This document shows, piece after piece, positions 41,885-52,097 of a DNA stretch of 64,000 nt. Origin of the DNA: an uncultured virus (IMG/VR IMGVR_UViG_3300045240_000158) (lineage: Duplodnaviria; Heunggongvirae; Uroviricota; Caudoviricetes); IMG/VR virus record IMGVR_UViG_3300045240_000158; one strand, 5' to 3'. The number at the start of each line of letters is the position of its first letter. The stretch's first letter is position 1. The translations under genes and the position numbers were made by a program. The notes below the pieces were generated by a model that worked only from the letters and a program-made list of their open reading frames with translations, did no database searches and was not told the DNA's origin.

Positions 41885-44671
41885 TCAGCGGTCCTCCCGC
41901 GAGGCGCGAGGAAACGATCGTGGAACGCCCAGGATCCCCTCCAGGAGATCACACTGGTCGTTCAAGCTCTGGCAGCGCAGGCTGACGCTGCCGGCGTGGG
42001 TCTTCTTGAGGTCGCCGAGCTCGGCGCGGATCGCCTGGAGCTTGGCGAGCAAACGCTCCATCACGCGCTGCTCGATCGCTGACACGAGTGCCGTCACGGA
42101 TGCCACCGCCGCGGCGCGGCCTTGCAGGCGGCGGCGTAGGCGGCCTCTGATGTAGCGAAGCGCCGCGCGTCGCCACTCTTTTTGCGGATCGGTTCGCCGT
42201 CAACATACGCCATCCACGGGCGCTTGTTGTCGTCCGTCATGCTGCCGCCGTGAGCCGCGAACACCCGATGGCATGGCGTACTTGGGATCATTCCGAGGCG
42301 CTGACTGGCGATGTGGATCCCGTCGACGCGTCGAAAGCCCCGCTCGCAGTAGCCGCACGTGGCGAGGCCCGCGGTCTCTGCGTTACGGATCATCGGTATG
42401 CCCGTTCGCCTTGTCGTCGGTCGTGTGCACGTCAGGTTTCTTCCTCGGGCTCGACGGGAGGCTTGGAGAGAAGCGCCTCGATCTCGTCCTCCGTGATGAG
42501 TCCCATCTCCTTGAGGCGATCTTCGACCTGATCGGCGATCCGATTCACGCGGCGGATGATCCACTCGACGGCGCCGCGGATATCCTTGGCACCTGCCCGG
42601 GCGATCTGCTGCGGCGGGCTCACCTCGTCGACCACGACGATCGACGTCTGCTTGCTCGTCACCTCGACGATGATCTTCACGGGCGCTCCGGGATCGGGGC
42701 GCGAGAGAGTGTGCCGAGCAGATCGAGTAAGATCCGGCAGTCGCGCATATCGATCGAGGTTCCTGTCGCATTGCCGAAGCTCGGCAGCGTGCCGGCTTGG
42801 AGCTGCTCGAGGATCCCGAGCAGTGTGCGGATGTCGTAGCCGGTGATGTTTGTGAGGGCCTGCGCGAAGTCGACGATGGTTTTGGGCGTAGGTGCGGGCG
42901 CGGTACTCATGGCTCGTCTCTCCTTCGTAGCGGTGTTGGGTGTTGGCCCGTCCGCAGGTGTGAAAGCTCGCAGGCCGCGCCGTCGCACGGCAGCGCGAGC
43001 CGCATCTCGAACGGCTTCTCTCCGTACCGGTAGTCCCGATCGGTGATGCGGGTGATTGCGACGCAGCCGCATTCGTACTCCTGCGGGCTGATCTGTGGCG
43101 AGTTGTGGCGTGATACTTCGAGCATCGCTTCGAGGATGGCGTCCGGTATGTCGCCGACGCTGACCAGGCGCCGGGTCCAGCGATCGATCATGTGAGCCCG
43201 GTCGTCACCCGGTGGCCCTTGATCGGCGATGATCGCGTCGACCTGATCGGCGGCGTAGTCGTGCAGGGTCTGGGTCATGCTGCGGTTCCTTCCGGGGCCG
43301 CTTCGGCACTGAACAGCCGACGAAATTCGGCGTCCCGCGTCTTGGAGCTGTTCAATGGATGATCGTCGGACCATTCCACGTCGCGCGTGTCGACTTCTAC
43401 AACCCTCGGCAGGATGCAGTCGTTCGCGAAGTTCGCGTTCTCAAGTTCGGTCTTCACGCCCGCAGCGCCGAGGTTGTCGTGGTCGATGATCAGGATGGTG
43501 AGCTTGTGGATCTTCATAGCTGTTGCTCCTCGTCCGCTTGCGTGAGCACGTACAGGACCGCGTACGCGAGGTAGCTCGGGTCGTTTTCCTGTCCGAGCTT
43601 CGCGTTGATCACGGCGATGTTTGGATCGATCACGCGGGTCTTGATCTGCGCCACCGCGTTGGGCGTGCCGTAGGTCTTGTACAGCTGGACAGCCTCGGCG
43701 ATCTGCGCCTCGGTCAGAAACTGCGGCAGTGTCATGGTCTTCACGACGGACCTCCGATCACCAGCAGAGCGAGGACGACGAGGAGTGTAATCGCCGCCCA
43801 CATCGTCATCGACGATTCGGCGCGCGAGGTCTGACGCGAGAAGAAGGCGATCGATCGGGCTGCGGGTTCCATTATTTGCTCCTCGTGTCGAGACTCTTGT
43901 ACAGCTCATCGAGCGTGCGGAGTTTGGTGTCGTGCAGCTTCGCGAAGCATCCAGCGGCGTGAACCGGCACGGTGAACGGTGGGAACACGCACGTGCAACG
44001 AAGCGCGATAGCGACCTCTGCGATTTGGATCGCTTCCTTGAGCCTCGCGACGTCGACGGTGATCGTGATCCTGCGACGGCTCATGGATGGTGTATCCGTA
44101 GTCGCTTAGCGAGGTAGCGACTGGTCGAGGGGTGCTTGCCGTGCCACTGCACGGTAGCGATCCAGACTCGCTCGGCGCCTTCGCCAAGGCGCCCGAAGCG
44201 CAGCGCAAGTACCGTGCCTGGCATGTTCGCCTCTGACACGACACGGTCGCCGACCTTCAACGTGTTCTTGGGGGTCTTCATCAGGGACTACTTCAGGGAT
44301 TGGAGACTGAAGCGGCGATCGATCTCGTCGCAGACGGCGACGTAGCCGGCGTACAGCGTGTTGTAGTCCGCAGGGTACGACTCGAACGGAGGACGTCCCT
44401 CTACGTGAGGGCCTGTCCAACACATGCTGCTGTCGCGGTACGGCACGAGAACTTCGGCGCAAAGAAGCGCGGCAAAAAGAACTGTTCCCTCGATCTTGCG
44501 CGCTCTGTAGTCGGCAACGTACTCGATGAGCTTGCTGGTCGAGGTATTCGGGAGACGTGCGCGGAATGCGTCCAGGCGCGGCGTGCTGTGCTTGCGGGCC
44601 TCGTGCTTGGCGGTCGCCTCGTGCTGCGCGTTGTACTTCTCCAATGGACTCTGCTCGATGGTGGCGGGCAT
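41885..44671 (-). other. Chain of small hypothetical CDS (incl. 42094-42393, 42432-42680, 42677-42910, 42907-43278, 43275-43517, 43514-43735, 43872-44084, 44081-44281, 44288-44671)
   Basis: Overlapping start/stop chain. Confidence 0.55.
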
Positions 44672-44676
44672 GTGAT

Positions 44677-45501
44677 TTACTTCAGGGCCTGCCGGATCTT
44701 CTTGATCGCACCCCAGAGGTCGTCCTTGGTGGCGCTGTCGTCGAGCTTGTCGAGGACGCCGATCACCTTCTTGATCCGAGTGGCCGGCGTCTCCAGCGGT
44801 GCCTTGCCGTTCGCCTCGCGGACCTTGGCCTTCACGTCGCGGGTCGTGGGCTTCTCGCCGGTCACTGCGGCGGTCGACAGGATCGACGCGAGCTGCGTCT
44901 CCTGATCGACCTCCGACAGCGCGGCCAGCTCGATCGCCGCGGTCGGCTTCAGCTCGCCGGTCATGACGGCCTTCTTCACCGCCGGCCCGACTTCGAGCAG
45001 CTTGAGGATGGACTTGAACTGCGGAAGCCCCAGACCCATGATCGTGGCGGCCTGCTCGGCCGGGAACTGCTGCGACAGCTCGTACGCCTGCTGGGCGCGC
45101 ACGAACGGGCTCTGCTCGCGGCGGTGCGAGTTCTCGCCGTGCTTGAGCACGAGCATCTTGCGCGAGTCGCCCATGACGATCTTCACCGGCAGGAACCACG
45201 GCGGCAACCCGTCGGCGACGCGACGCTTGTTGGCCTCGCGGAGCTGGCGGGTGCGCCCGCGGCCCGCGACGATGATGATCCGCTTGCCGTCGCGCCGGCC
45301 GAGCACGTTCTGGATGACGCCGTGCTCGTAGGTGAACTGCACGTCCGCTTCGAGCAACGGGTTCTTGTTGCTCTCCTCGTCGTAGCCCCAGTGCGAGGGC
45401 CCGTCATCAGTATCGATACCGATGATGACGACCTCGTTGGGGTCGTACCCCTTCACTTCCTGGCGGGGAGCTGCATCTGCGCGCTTGTTCGTCGTCTTCA
45501 T
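44677..45501 (-). CDS. ParB/Srx-family protein
   Basis: GVIQNV..IIVAGRGRTR..ENSHRREQS followed by HTH-like helices. Confidence 0.8.
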   Translation of the reverse strand: MKTTNKRADAAPRQEVKGYDPNEVVIIGIDTDDGPSHWGYDEESNKNPLLEADVQFTYEHGVIQNVLGRRDGKRIIIVAGRGRTRQLREANKRRVADGLPPWFLPVKIVMGDSRKMLVLKHGENSHRREQSPFVRAQQAYELSQQFPAEQAATIMGLGLPQFKSILKLLEVGPAVKKAVMTGELKPTAAIELAALSEVDQETQLASILSTAAVTGEKPTTRDVKAKVREANGKAPLETPATRIKKVIGVLDKLDDSATKDDLWGAIKKIRQALK

Positions 45502-45567
45502 GGTTTTTCGTTAGAGCAGGCCGCGTGCCGTCGCGCGATCTGGTGTAAGGGGTTGGAGAGCAATCCC

Positions 45568-45637
45568 GGGTGCGCGCATACCCCGTGTCCGCAGGACGGC
45601 GACGCGCGACGATCGAGATACGGGTAGCGGACTACCC
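45568..45637. promoter_or_regulatory. Paired GGGTA-N6-TACCC boxes (54 bp apart)
   Basis: GGGTG-CGCGCA-TACCC at 45568 and GGGTA-GCGGAC-TACCC at 45622. Confidence 0.65.
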
Positions 45638-45977
45638 AGCACTGGCGTTCTTTGGGCGGCACGGCACGGTGACGCAGGCACGGCGCAAAACGTTGTGATC
45701 ACGGGTGAAATCCTGCAACCTGCCGCGCCCGTGCCCGCCCTGCGTCGGTCAGCTCCCAGCACGTCGACCCATCACTATGCGCATGGCGCACCAGCCCGGC
45801 TGTCTTCATGCGCCCGAGCAACATCTGCGCTGCGTAGTCGCCGCCGCCGTTTGACCGACGATCGTCGGCCTGGCCCACGGTTCGTGATCACCATGCCGAC
45901 CTCGCCGGCCGAGCTTGCCCGGTGAACGTACAAGTACGCGAGCACGCGATCGGTGGTCTTGAGCGCTTCCTTCGGCA

Positions 45978-48011
45978 TCATTCACTCCTCTGCACTTCCT
46001 TGTGAGGCAGTTCGTGCTCCTTGCGCAGGCGGTTGTAGGCCCGCTTCGAGAGCGCGATCGAGATGCTCAGATCGAGGTGTCGCCATGGGTCATCGAGCCG
46101 GCTGTCCTGCGGATCGATGCGATCGAGGATGCTGTTGCCGGTATACGGCTCGTGCGTCGTCCAGTGCTGGAGTGGCCACGGCAGTTTATTCTCGGGGATT
46201 CCCATGAGCAGCGCGAGCGCGCGTGGGTTGTCGGGCGAGATCTCCGTGAAGACGTTCGCACGCGTTGGTGGATCGAGGGCGCAGACGTTGTAGTGCCGAT
46301 CGTGGTCCCAGCCGCCGAATTCCACCACGCCACGACTGGGATGGAACGGGTTGTACTTGGGAGCCTGCTTCTGGCGAAGGATGTTGCCCTTCTTCCAGCG
46401 CAGCTCGTCTTCAGACGGGAAGCCGTGATCCTCGCAGCTCTTCCAAGCGGTCGTCGGCGCGACGAGCTCGCCGCATGCGACGGCCTTCCAGATGAAGGCC
46501 ATGTTCCGCTCGATGCGCTTGCGGTACCACGACAAGATCAGCGCGTGCTTCGCGGCGAATTCCGCCGATGCGAGACGTTGGACGCCCTTGATGAGGTTCA
46601 TACGCGCGTACCAGGCGCGTGTGCGCTCGACGTCCTTCGCGGTCCCGAAGTAGCTCGGATCAAGTGCCTGCGGAACGAGAGGCTCTAGCCTGCGATCTGG
46701 CCCCCAGCCGAAAGTGCCCGGCTGCTTGCGGACAGCCGGCAGGTCGGCGTCCTTGATCTTGCCAGGCAGGAGTTTCGTCACCTGCTTGCCGACGTCGAGA
46801 GCAGCGCGCTCTCCCACGACATCGAGCAGGATCTCCGGCACGTGATCGCGGTAACGGTCTTCCAGCCAGGCGTTGTGGCCCAGGGGCTTCTCGTTGCCAG
46901 CCAGCTCCGGTGTGGCGGCTAGGACGGTGAGCGATGGCAGGACGAGAGGCTTGTACTGCCCCGTGAGCACGATCGCGCTGGTGGCTTCTACGAGCGCGTG
47001 CGGCGCGACCACCATCTCGCCCGTGTACGACAGCGCGGGCGTCTTGTAGTCGTCCTTGTCGAACTTGGTAGCGATCAGGTCGAACAGGAGCGCGAGCCAG
47101 ATGAATTCGGACGGCTCCAGGTTCGCGATCTCCTCGATCGGCATCGCCTTGGCATCCAAGGGGACGAGGGCAGTCTTCTTTCGACGCTTGTGCTCGACCG
47201 CGTCCTCTTCGAGGAGACGATATGGGAACCAGTGCAGTCGGGCGCGCTCGTCGAGGCGTCGATCGGGGCGCCTGGTCATGTTGTGGTACTCGGGGTGCGC
47301 GCCCTCCTGGAAGTCGGTCAAGATCGTCGTCGTCTCGCCGTTGCGCAGCCCGAGCACGAAGTACGCCTTGTACACGTCTTCCGGGCGGATCAGCGCGAGT
47401 GTGATGCCCGAAACCATCTGACGCCTGAGCGCGTAAATGAACGAGTTGATGCTCGAGAACTCGAAGATCTCGCGGTTGTACTGGAGAGGCTTGGGATCGC
47501 GTGTACCTTGCGTGAACTGGTGGGTTGCCAGCCGGTTGAGGCTCCGTGAAGCTGCGAGGCGCAGCTCGCCAAGCGCGCGCTCGTCCGCGAGGTGCTTCTT
47601 GAGCCTGCCGACGTTGTAGCCGTGGTGGACGGCAACGGATCGGAGCGTCTCCTTGAAGTTGGAGGCGGCCTCTTCACAGCACGGACGCGAGATCAGCTCG
47701 TGAAAGCTGCGCAACGTGGCGAGCGTCTTCTCGACCCCGGCCGGCGCGTACAAGAGTGTGTGCACCTTGAACGACTTCTCCTCGACGTAGGCCTCGAACA
47801 GCCCCCGTAGAAGGAGGATCGTCGTCGTCCCCGACATGTCGAGCGTCCGGGACTCGTTCAGGTCCTCGACGTACTTCTTGAGGTCGTAGCTCTGGAACTC
47901 GGAGTCGCTGCCGATCGTGAACGAGAACGAGTTTGCGCCGAGCTTGGTGCCCGTTAGCTTCGCCCACCGAGGGAGGGCCTCGTTCAGGATCGTGTTCAGG
48001 TCGTCCGACAT
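45978..48011 (-). CDS. Large hypothetical protein (about 677 aa)
   Basis: Long ORF with typical codon usage; start MSDDLN inferred; no motif recognised. Confidence 0.8.
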   Translation of the reverse strand: MSDDLNTILNEALPRWAKLTGTKLGANSFSFTIGSDSEFQSYDLKKYVEDLNESRTLDMSGTTTILLLRGLFEAYVEEKSFKVHTLLYAPAGVEKTLATLRSFHELISRPCCEEAASNFKETLRSVAVHHGYNVGRLKKHLADERALGELRLAASRSLNRLATHQFTQGTRDPKPLQYNREIFEFSSINSFIYALRRQMVSGITLALIRPEDVYKAYFVLGLRNGETTTILTDFQEGAHPEYHNMTRRPDRRLDERARLHWFPYRLLEEDAVEHKRRKKTALVPLDAKAMPIEEIANLEPSEFIWLALLFDLIATKFDKDDYKTPALSYTGEMVVAPHALVEATSAIVLTGQYKPLVLPSLTVLAATPELAGNEKPLGHNAWLEDRYRDHVPEILLDVVGERAALDVGKQVTKLLPGKIKDADLPAVRKQPGTFGWGPDRRLEPLVPQALDPSYFGTAKDVERTRAWYARMNLIKGVQRLASAEFAAKHALILSWYRKRIERNMAFIWKAVACGELVAPTTAWKSCEDHGFPSEDELRWKKGNILRQKQAPKYNPFHPSRGVVEFGGWDHDRHYNVCALDPPTRANVFTEISPDNPRALALLMGIPENKLPWPLQHWTTHEPYTGNSILDRIDPQDSRLDDPWRHLDLSISIALSKRAYNRLRKEHELPHKEVQRSE

Positions 48012-49802
48012 TGCTTCAAGAACTGCGTGTGGGCGGCGTCGTAGATCCAGACCTCGCCGTCCGACCAGCGGACGTGGAGGCGGGTCTTCAGTCGACGAAT
48101 GACGCGACCCATGCGGCGGGGCCACCAGCGGTCGACGACGGCGCCGGACAGGTCGAGGCGGAGGCCGTGCTTGACAGCGCGTGCTGTCACGGGCATGTCA
48201 TGTCCTCGACTCCTGCTGTCCATGCTATGGGTGATAGAGCGCTAAGCTTCCTGAGTCGGTTCTTGAGCTTTTTCATGGGCGGACCGTCCCGACGTTGTGC
48301 ACCTCGGTCAGCTGAGGCTGTCCGAAGAAGGCGCGGCCGACGTTCCAGCGCACGAGGCCGTTGACGACCGATCGCTTCGCCGCTGCGACGACTTGGCCGC
48401 GGCGTGAGGTCAGGTCGTAGTCAGCGGGGAGCACTTCGAGCTGGTGCTCGAACAGCGCGCATGGCACGCTCCAACGCCCGTCGACGACGCTCGGGTTCGG
48501 GGACGGTTGCCAGCGGCAGACGCGGAGCTTGCCGCCCTTCTGCGATGGCCCAAGCACGATGCCGATCCTGAACGTCTTGCACGTGCGAAGGCGGCAAATC
48601 TGGCCGAGCTCGATCATCCGCGATCTTCTTCGCTGAGGTCGTTCGCACGCTGCGCGACGCCCTGGACGGGGAGTCGCTCGGCGAACTCGGCAGCGATCTC
48701 CAGGTGGCGCTGCGCGGCAGCGACGGCGCCCGCGAGTTTTTCGTCGTCGGTTCGCGGTCGTAATTGGATCGTACCGTCGTCGTTCCGGCCACAGCCGACT
48801 TGGGATTTGCGGAGCTTGTACGCGCCGCTCTGCACGATCGCGGTCCAGTGAGCCGCGCGCGCCAGGGCAAGTAAGAACTGGGCCTCGTTGTAGTGCATGC
48901 TCACCGCGGCACCGCCTTGTCGACGGCGTACCTGGCGACGTTGATGAGCTGACGGATCGTGCCCGCGTGACGGTCGGCGATCGACCACTCGACGTTTCCT
49001 TCGTGCTCCTCGCTGCGGATCAGCTTCAGTGCACTTGAGAGCATGTCCCTCGCATACACCGCGATGTCACGCGGCGATGCGCCCGCGAGGACTTGGTCAA
49101 GTCGTGCGGCCGTAGTACCGAACATCGCGCACTCACGCTCCTCGCGGATCCGACGTTCGTTGGACGTCTCCGGGTGATCTTCGAGCGCTGCGATCAGCTC
49201 GGCTGCCCGCGGAGCGTCGGCGCTGCCCTCTAGGTAGGTTCCGACGAGCGCGTGGAGTTCACGCAGCGCAGTGATACGGTCAATGGTCGTCACGCTTGGG
49301 TCTCCGTGAAGGGGTTGCGGATGAGGTCGATCGTCTTGCGTGCACACGCCTCGACCAAGACAGCCAGCTCGGCCGCAGAGCGCTGCCGTCTCGGGGTTCA
49401 GCGCCGCGATCTGGTCGTCGGTGATCACGACGCGCCTCCGTACTTCTTCGCGTAGCGCTTGCCCTGCTGGACGAGCGCCTTGCGCGCGTACGCGATCGCT
49501 TCTTCGCGGGTCGCGTACCAGGTCGTACGCGGGATCGCGCCGAAGCCTGCGCCGTCGCGGGTGGCGATGAGCTTGACGCCGAACGCCTTGGTCGGGAGGG
49601 TCCAGCACATCGAGCCGTCGCGAAGCTCGCGTCCCAGCAAATGCGCCGGGGTCTCTTCGATGTGCGCCCAACCGTGGACCTTGCGGTGCTTCTCGTCGAC
49701 GAGCGGCGCCCACTCGGCGTCGAGGCGCTCGCGCTTCTCTTCCCAGGTCTCGCCGCCGAACTTGCGGATAAGGGCTTCGAGCGGCTTCGTCGTCACGGTC
49801 AT
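47996..49802 (-). other. Small hypothetical CDS (incl. 48273-48617, 48614-48898, 48901-49428, 49425-49802)
   Basis: Overlapping chain; C-terminus of 48901-49428 is paralogous to 39653-39901. Confidence 0.6.
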
Positions 49803-49815
49803 GGTGGAAGCTACA

Positions 49816-49940
49816 GCAGCTCGTGTGCCGATAGCAGAGTGAGTGCAAACGATGGAAGAGGCAAGATTGGGTTTTCGGGTACCCAGGGTGGAGCGGTTCA
49901 CGAGCGGGGTGCTCGAGACACGGGTAGTGGATCACCCACC
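49816..49940. repeat. Intergenic repeat copy 2 with paired boxes (49869, 49922)
   Basis: Near-identical blocks shared with 40814-40938. Confidence 0.85.
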
Positions 49941-49958
49941 GTCTCCCCCTCATTGTCC

Positions 49959-50450
49959 TCAACATCCAACATCCTCAACATCGACATCATCAACATCGAG
50001 TCCGAGCTGTCCGACGATGAGCGTTTTGCTCTCCACAAACCAGGTTGTGCTGATCCCGAAGAGATCTAGCTCGGCAGCCACACCGTGGGAGCTGTACGCA
50101 CGAACGCTGAACAGTCGCAGCTTCCATTCCTGGTCATCAAGAAACCAGAACCAGTTTACGTAAGGAACCAGGCGTTCCGCGTCGATCGTCGACGCTGCTT
50201 CGATTTCGTAGCAAACAACTTGATTTGCAACAGGTTTGATCACGAAGACGTCTGGCGTGATGCCGCGCGGCAACGGCAGTCCGCCGTCGAGGCAGCGTGC
50301 TTCGTGTCGGAAGCGCACCGCCTTCTTGTCGTAGCGGGATCGATCGACTCCCATGGCCTTTAGTACCGCCTTGGTGAAGCCGCGACACTGCCCTCCCACA
50401 CGCTGCTGTACAGCGAGCACAAGCTTTCGATGGCACGGGCCCATTGTCAT
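49959..50450 (-). CDS. PD-(D/E)xK-like nuclease-fold protein
   Basis: ITPDVFVI..VVCYEIEAAS. Confidence 0.55.
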   Translation of the reverse strand: MTMGPCHRKLVLAVQQRVGGQCRGFTKAVLKAMGVDRSRYDKKAVRFRHEARCLDGGLPLPRGITPDVFVIKPVANQVVCYEIEAASTIDAERLVPYVNWFWFLDDQEWKLRLFSVRAYSSHGVAAELDLFGISTTWFVESKTLIVGQLGLDVDDVDVEDVGC

Positions 50451-50457
50451 TTCTTCC

Positions 50458-50655
50458 TCAACGCTGTTTCTTCGGTGGAGGTTTCAGGTTTTCGCGCGTC
50501 ATGTGGGCATCGCACGCGCATCGAATCCATTCCGACAACTTCTGCTTCTCGCGCACAGCCGTTTCACGCCAAGCACGAAGATCCGATCGTGCGATGCGCA
50601 GCTCGACGCGCGAGAGCTTAGGGGGCAGCTGAGGCAGCTGAGGGTCATCTGGCAT
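50458..50655 (-). CDS. Ribbon-helix-helix (CopG-like) protein
   Basis: RVELRIARSDLRAWRETAVREKQKLSEWIRCAC. Confidence 0.65.
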   Translation of the reverse strand: MPDDPQLPQLPPKLSRVELRIARSDLRAWRETAVREKQKLSEWIRCACDAHMTRENLKPPPKKQR

Positions 50656-50698
50656 GTCCGTAGGACGTGTGTACACGAAGGAACCGACAATTTGCAAG

Positions 50699-50734
50699 TT
50701 TGTACGTACATAGTCGGTATTATGTACGTACAAA
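50699..50734. repeat. Perfect 14-bp AT-rich inverted repeat
   Basis: TTTGTACGTACATA-GTCGGTAT-TATGTACGTACAAA. Confidence 0.85.
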
Positions 50735-50837
50735 TGCAATTTCAAATACTTAGCTGATCGCCAAGTAGTTGAAACTTGGGCGTGAGGCGGCACACTTGGG
50801 TCCAAGTGTGCCGCTTAACGAGGCCGTCAGACGCCTT

Positions 50838-51548
50838 CTATTCGAGAATCCGGGCGATCTGTGTGTGGTGGAAGCGCTCGCCGCTTCGTGCGTGAATGCC
50901 GCGGTCGTCGAGCGATCGCGCGATCGCGCGCAGCCCAAGGCCGCTGGCTTTGAGATTCCTGATCTGTTCGATCACGAGCTGCTCTCGCTTGAGCGCACGG
51001 AGCGTCTTGCCGTCCGGGGCGAGTTGATAACCGTAGGGGACGTAGCCCCCCGTCTTCTTGTTCTGCGATTTCAGGTGCGCCATCGCAGCCGTCGTGCGCT
51101 CAGCGATCACCTCTCGTTCCCACTGCCCGATGACCGTCAGAAGGTTCAACATCATGCGTCCCGCAGCGCTCGACGTGTCGATCTTCTCGCTCACCGACAT
51201 GAGTCGGTAGTGTCCATCGCGGAAGTAGTCGTCGACGAGCTCGCACAGATCGCGCACCGATCGTGTGAGACGATCGAGCTTGACAACGAGCAGTGCGTTC
51301 GCGGTGCCTTCTCGCAGCATGGCGAGCGCCTTCTGTAGGCCGGGACGATCGAGCGATCCGGCTGACTCACCAGCGTCCACGATGATCTCGATGACCTCGA
51401 AGTCATCCTCGAGCGCAGCATATCCCTTCACCTTCGTGCGCTGCTGATCGAGCGAGATACCCTCGTCGGCCTGTTTGTCCGTCGAGACGCGAAGGTAAGC
51501 GACGGCGCGAGTATGTGCACTTACCGTCGCCGCTTTCTTCTTTTTCAT
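50838..51548 (-). CDS. Serine recombinase (resolvase catalytic domain plus short recombinase domain)
   Basis: AYLRVSTDKQ, DRPGL, VVKLDRLTRS, EREVIAERT, GGYVPYGY. Confidence 0.95.
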   Translation of the reverse strand: MKKKKAATVSAHTRAVAYLRVSTDKQADEGISLDQQRTKVKGYAALEDDFEVIEIIVDAGESAGSLDRPGLQKALAMLREGTANALLVVKLDRLTRSVRDLCELVDDYFRDGHYRLMSVSEKIDTSSAAGRMMLNLLTVIGQWEREVIAERTTAAMAHLKSQNKKTGGYVPYGYQLAPDGKTLRALKREQLVIEQIRNLKASGLGLRAIARSLDDRGIHARSGERFHHTQIARILE

Positions 51549-52003
51549 TCACGCCCTCTTCGCTGCACGCTCTTCCCTACGACGTACGTCATGTACGCCA
51601 GACACTCGGCCGGCGTCGCCGCACGCAAGAGCCGGAAGGGGATCCGCTCAATTTGTGTTTCAGGATCTGTCATGTCCCCGAAGTAGACGATCGCGCAGCT
51701 CTCGCCATGCCGCGCGTAGATTGCTTCCAGCGTGTCTTCAACCTCTTCGTCGATCTTCTTGCATTCACGATTGCACTGGAGTTCATGTGCAGGCGTGAAC
51801 GGATCCCATTCGGAATCGTCGAAGTAGCCGACAAGGTTAACCAGCTTGCGAAGTTCGCGGCTGCGTTTCTTCGTGCGCCGTGGATCATCATTGCCTTCGA
51901 TGACGGTAACAAGCCCATAGCCGGTTTGGGCTGCTTCTGGGGACAGATCCGCAGGTTCTGCATCGCAGGTACCCATCATCTCGCGAAGATGTTCTGAGGT
52001 CAT
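51545..52003 (-). CDS. Hypothetical protein
   Basis: ATGA overlap with the recombinase. Confidence 0.65.
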   Translation of the reverse strand: MTSEHLREMMGTCDAEPADLSPEAAQTGYGLVTVIEGNDDPRRTKKRSRELRKLVNLVGYFDDSEWDPFTPAHELQCNRECKKIDEEVEDTLEAIYARHGESCAIVYFGDMTDPETQIERIPFRLLRAATPAECLAYMTYVVGKSVQRRGRE

Positions 52004-52041
52004 CGGACTACGCTAAAACAGATCGTAAGCGCTCGTCACCT

Positions 52042-52057
52042 GGGTGATTTGATACCC
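52042..52057. promoter_or_regulatory. GGGTA-N6-TACCC box at the strand switch
   Basis: GGGTG-ATTTGA-TACCC between divergent genes. Confidence 0.55.
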
Positions 52058-52097
52058 ATATTCGCGTTTTCTTTAGTCATGTTAGCGTCGAGCTGCG

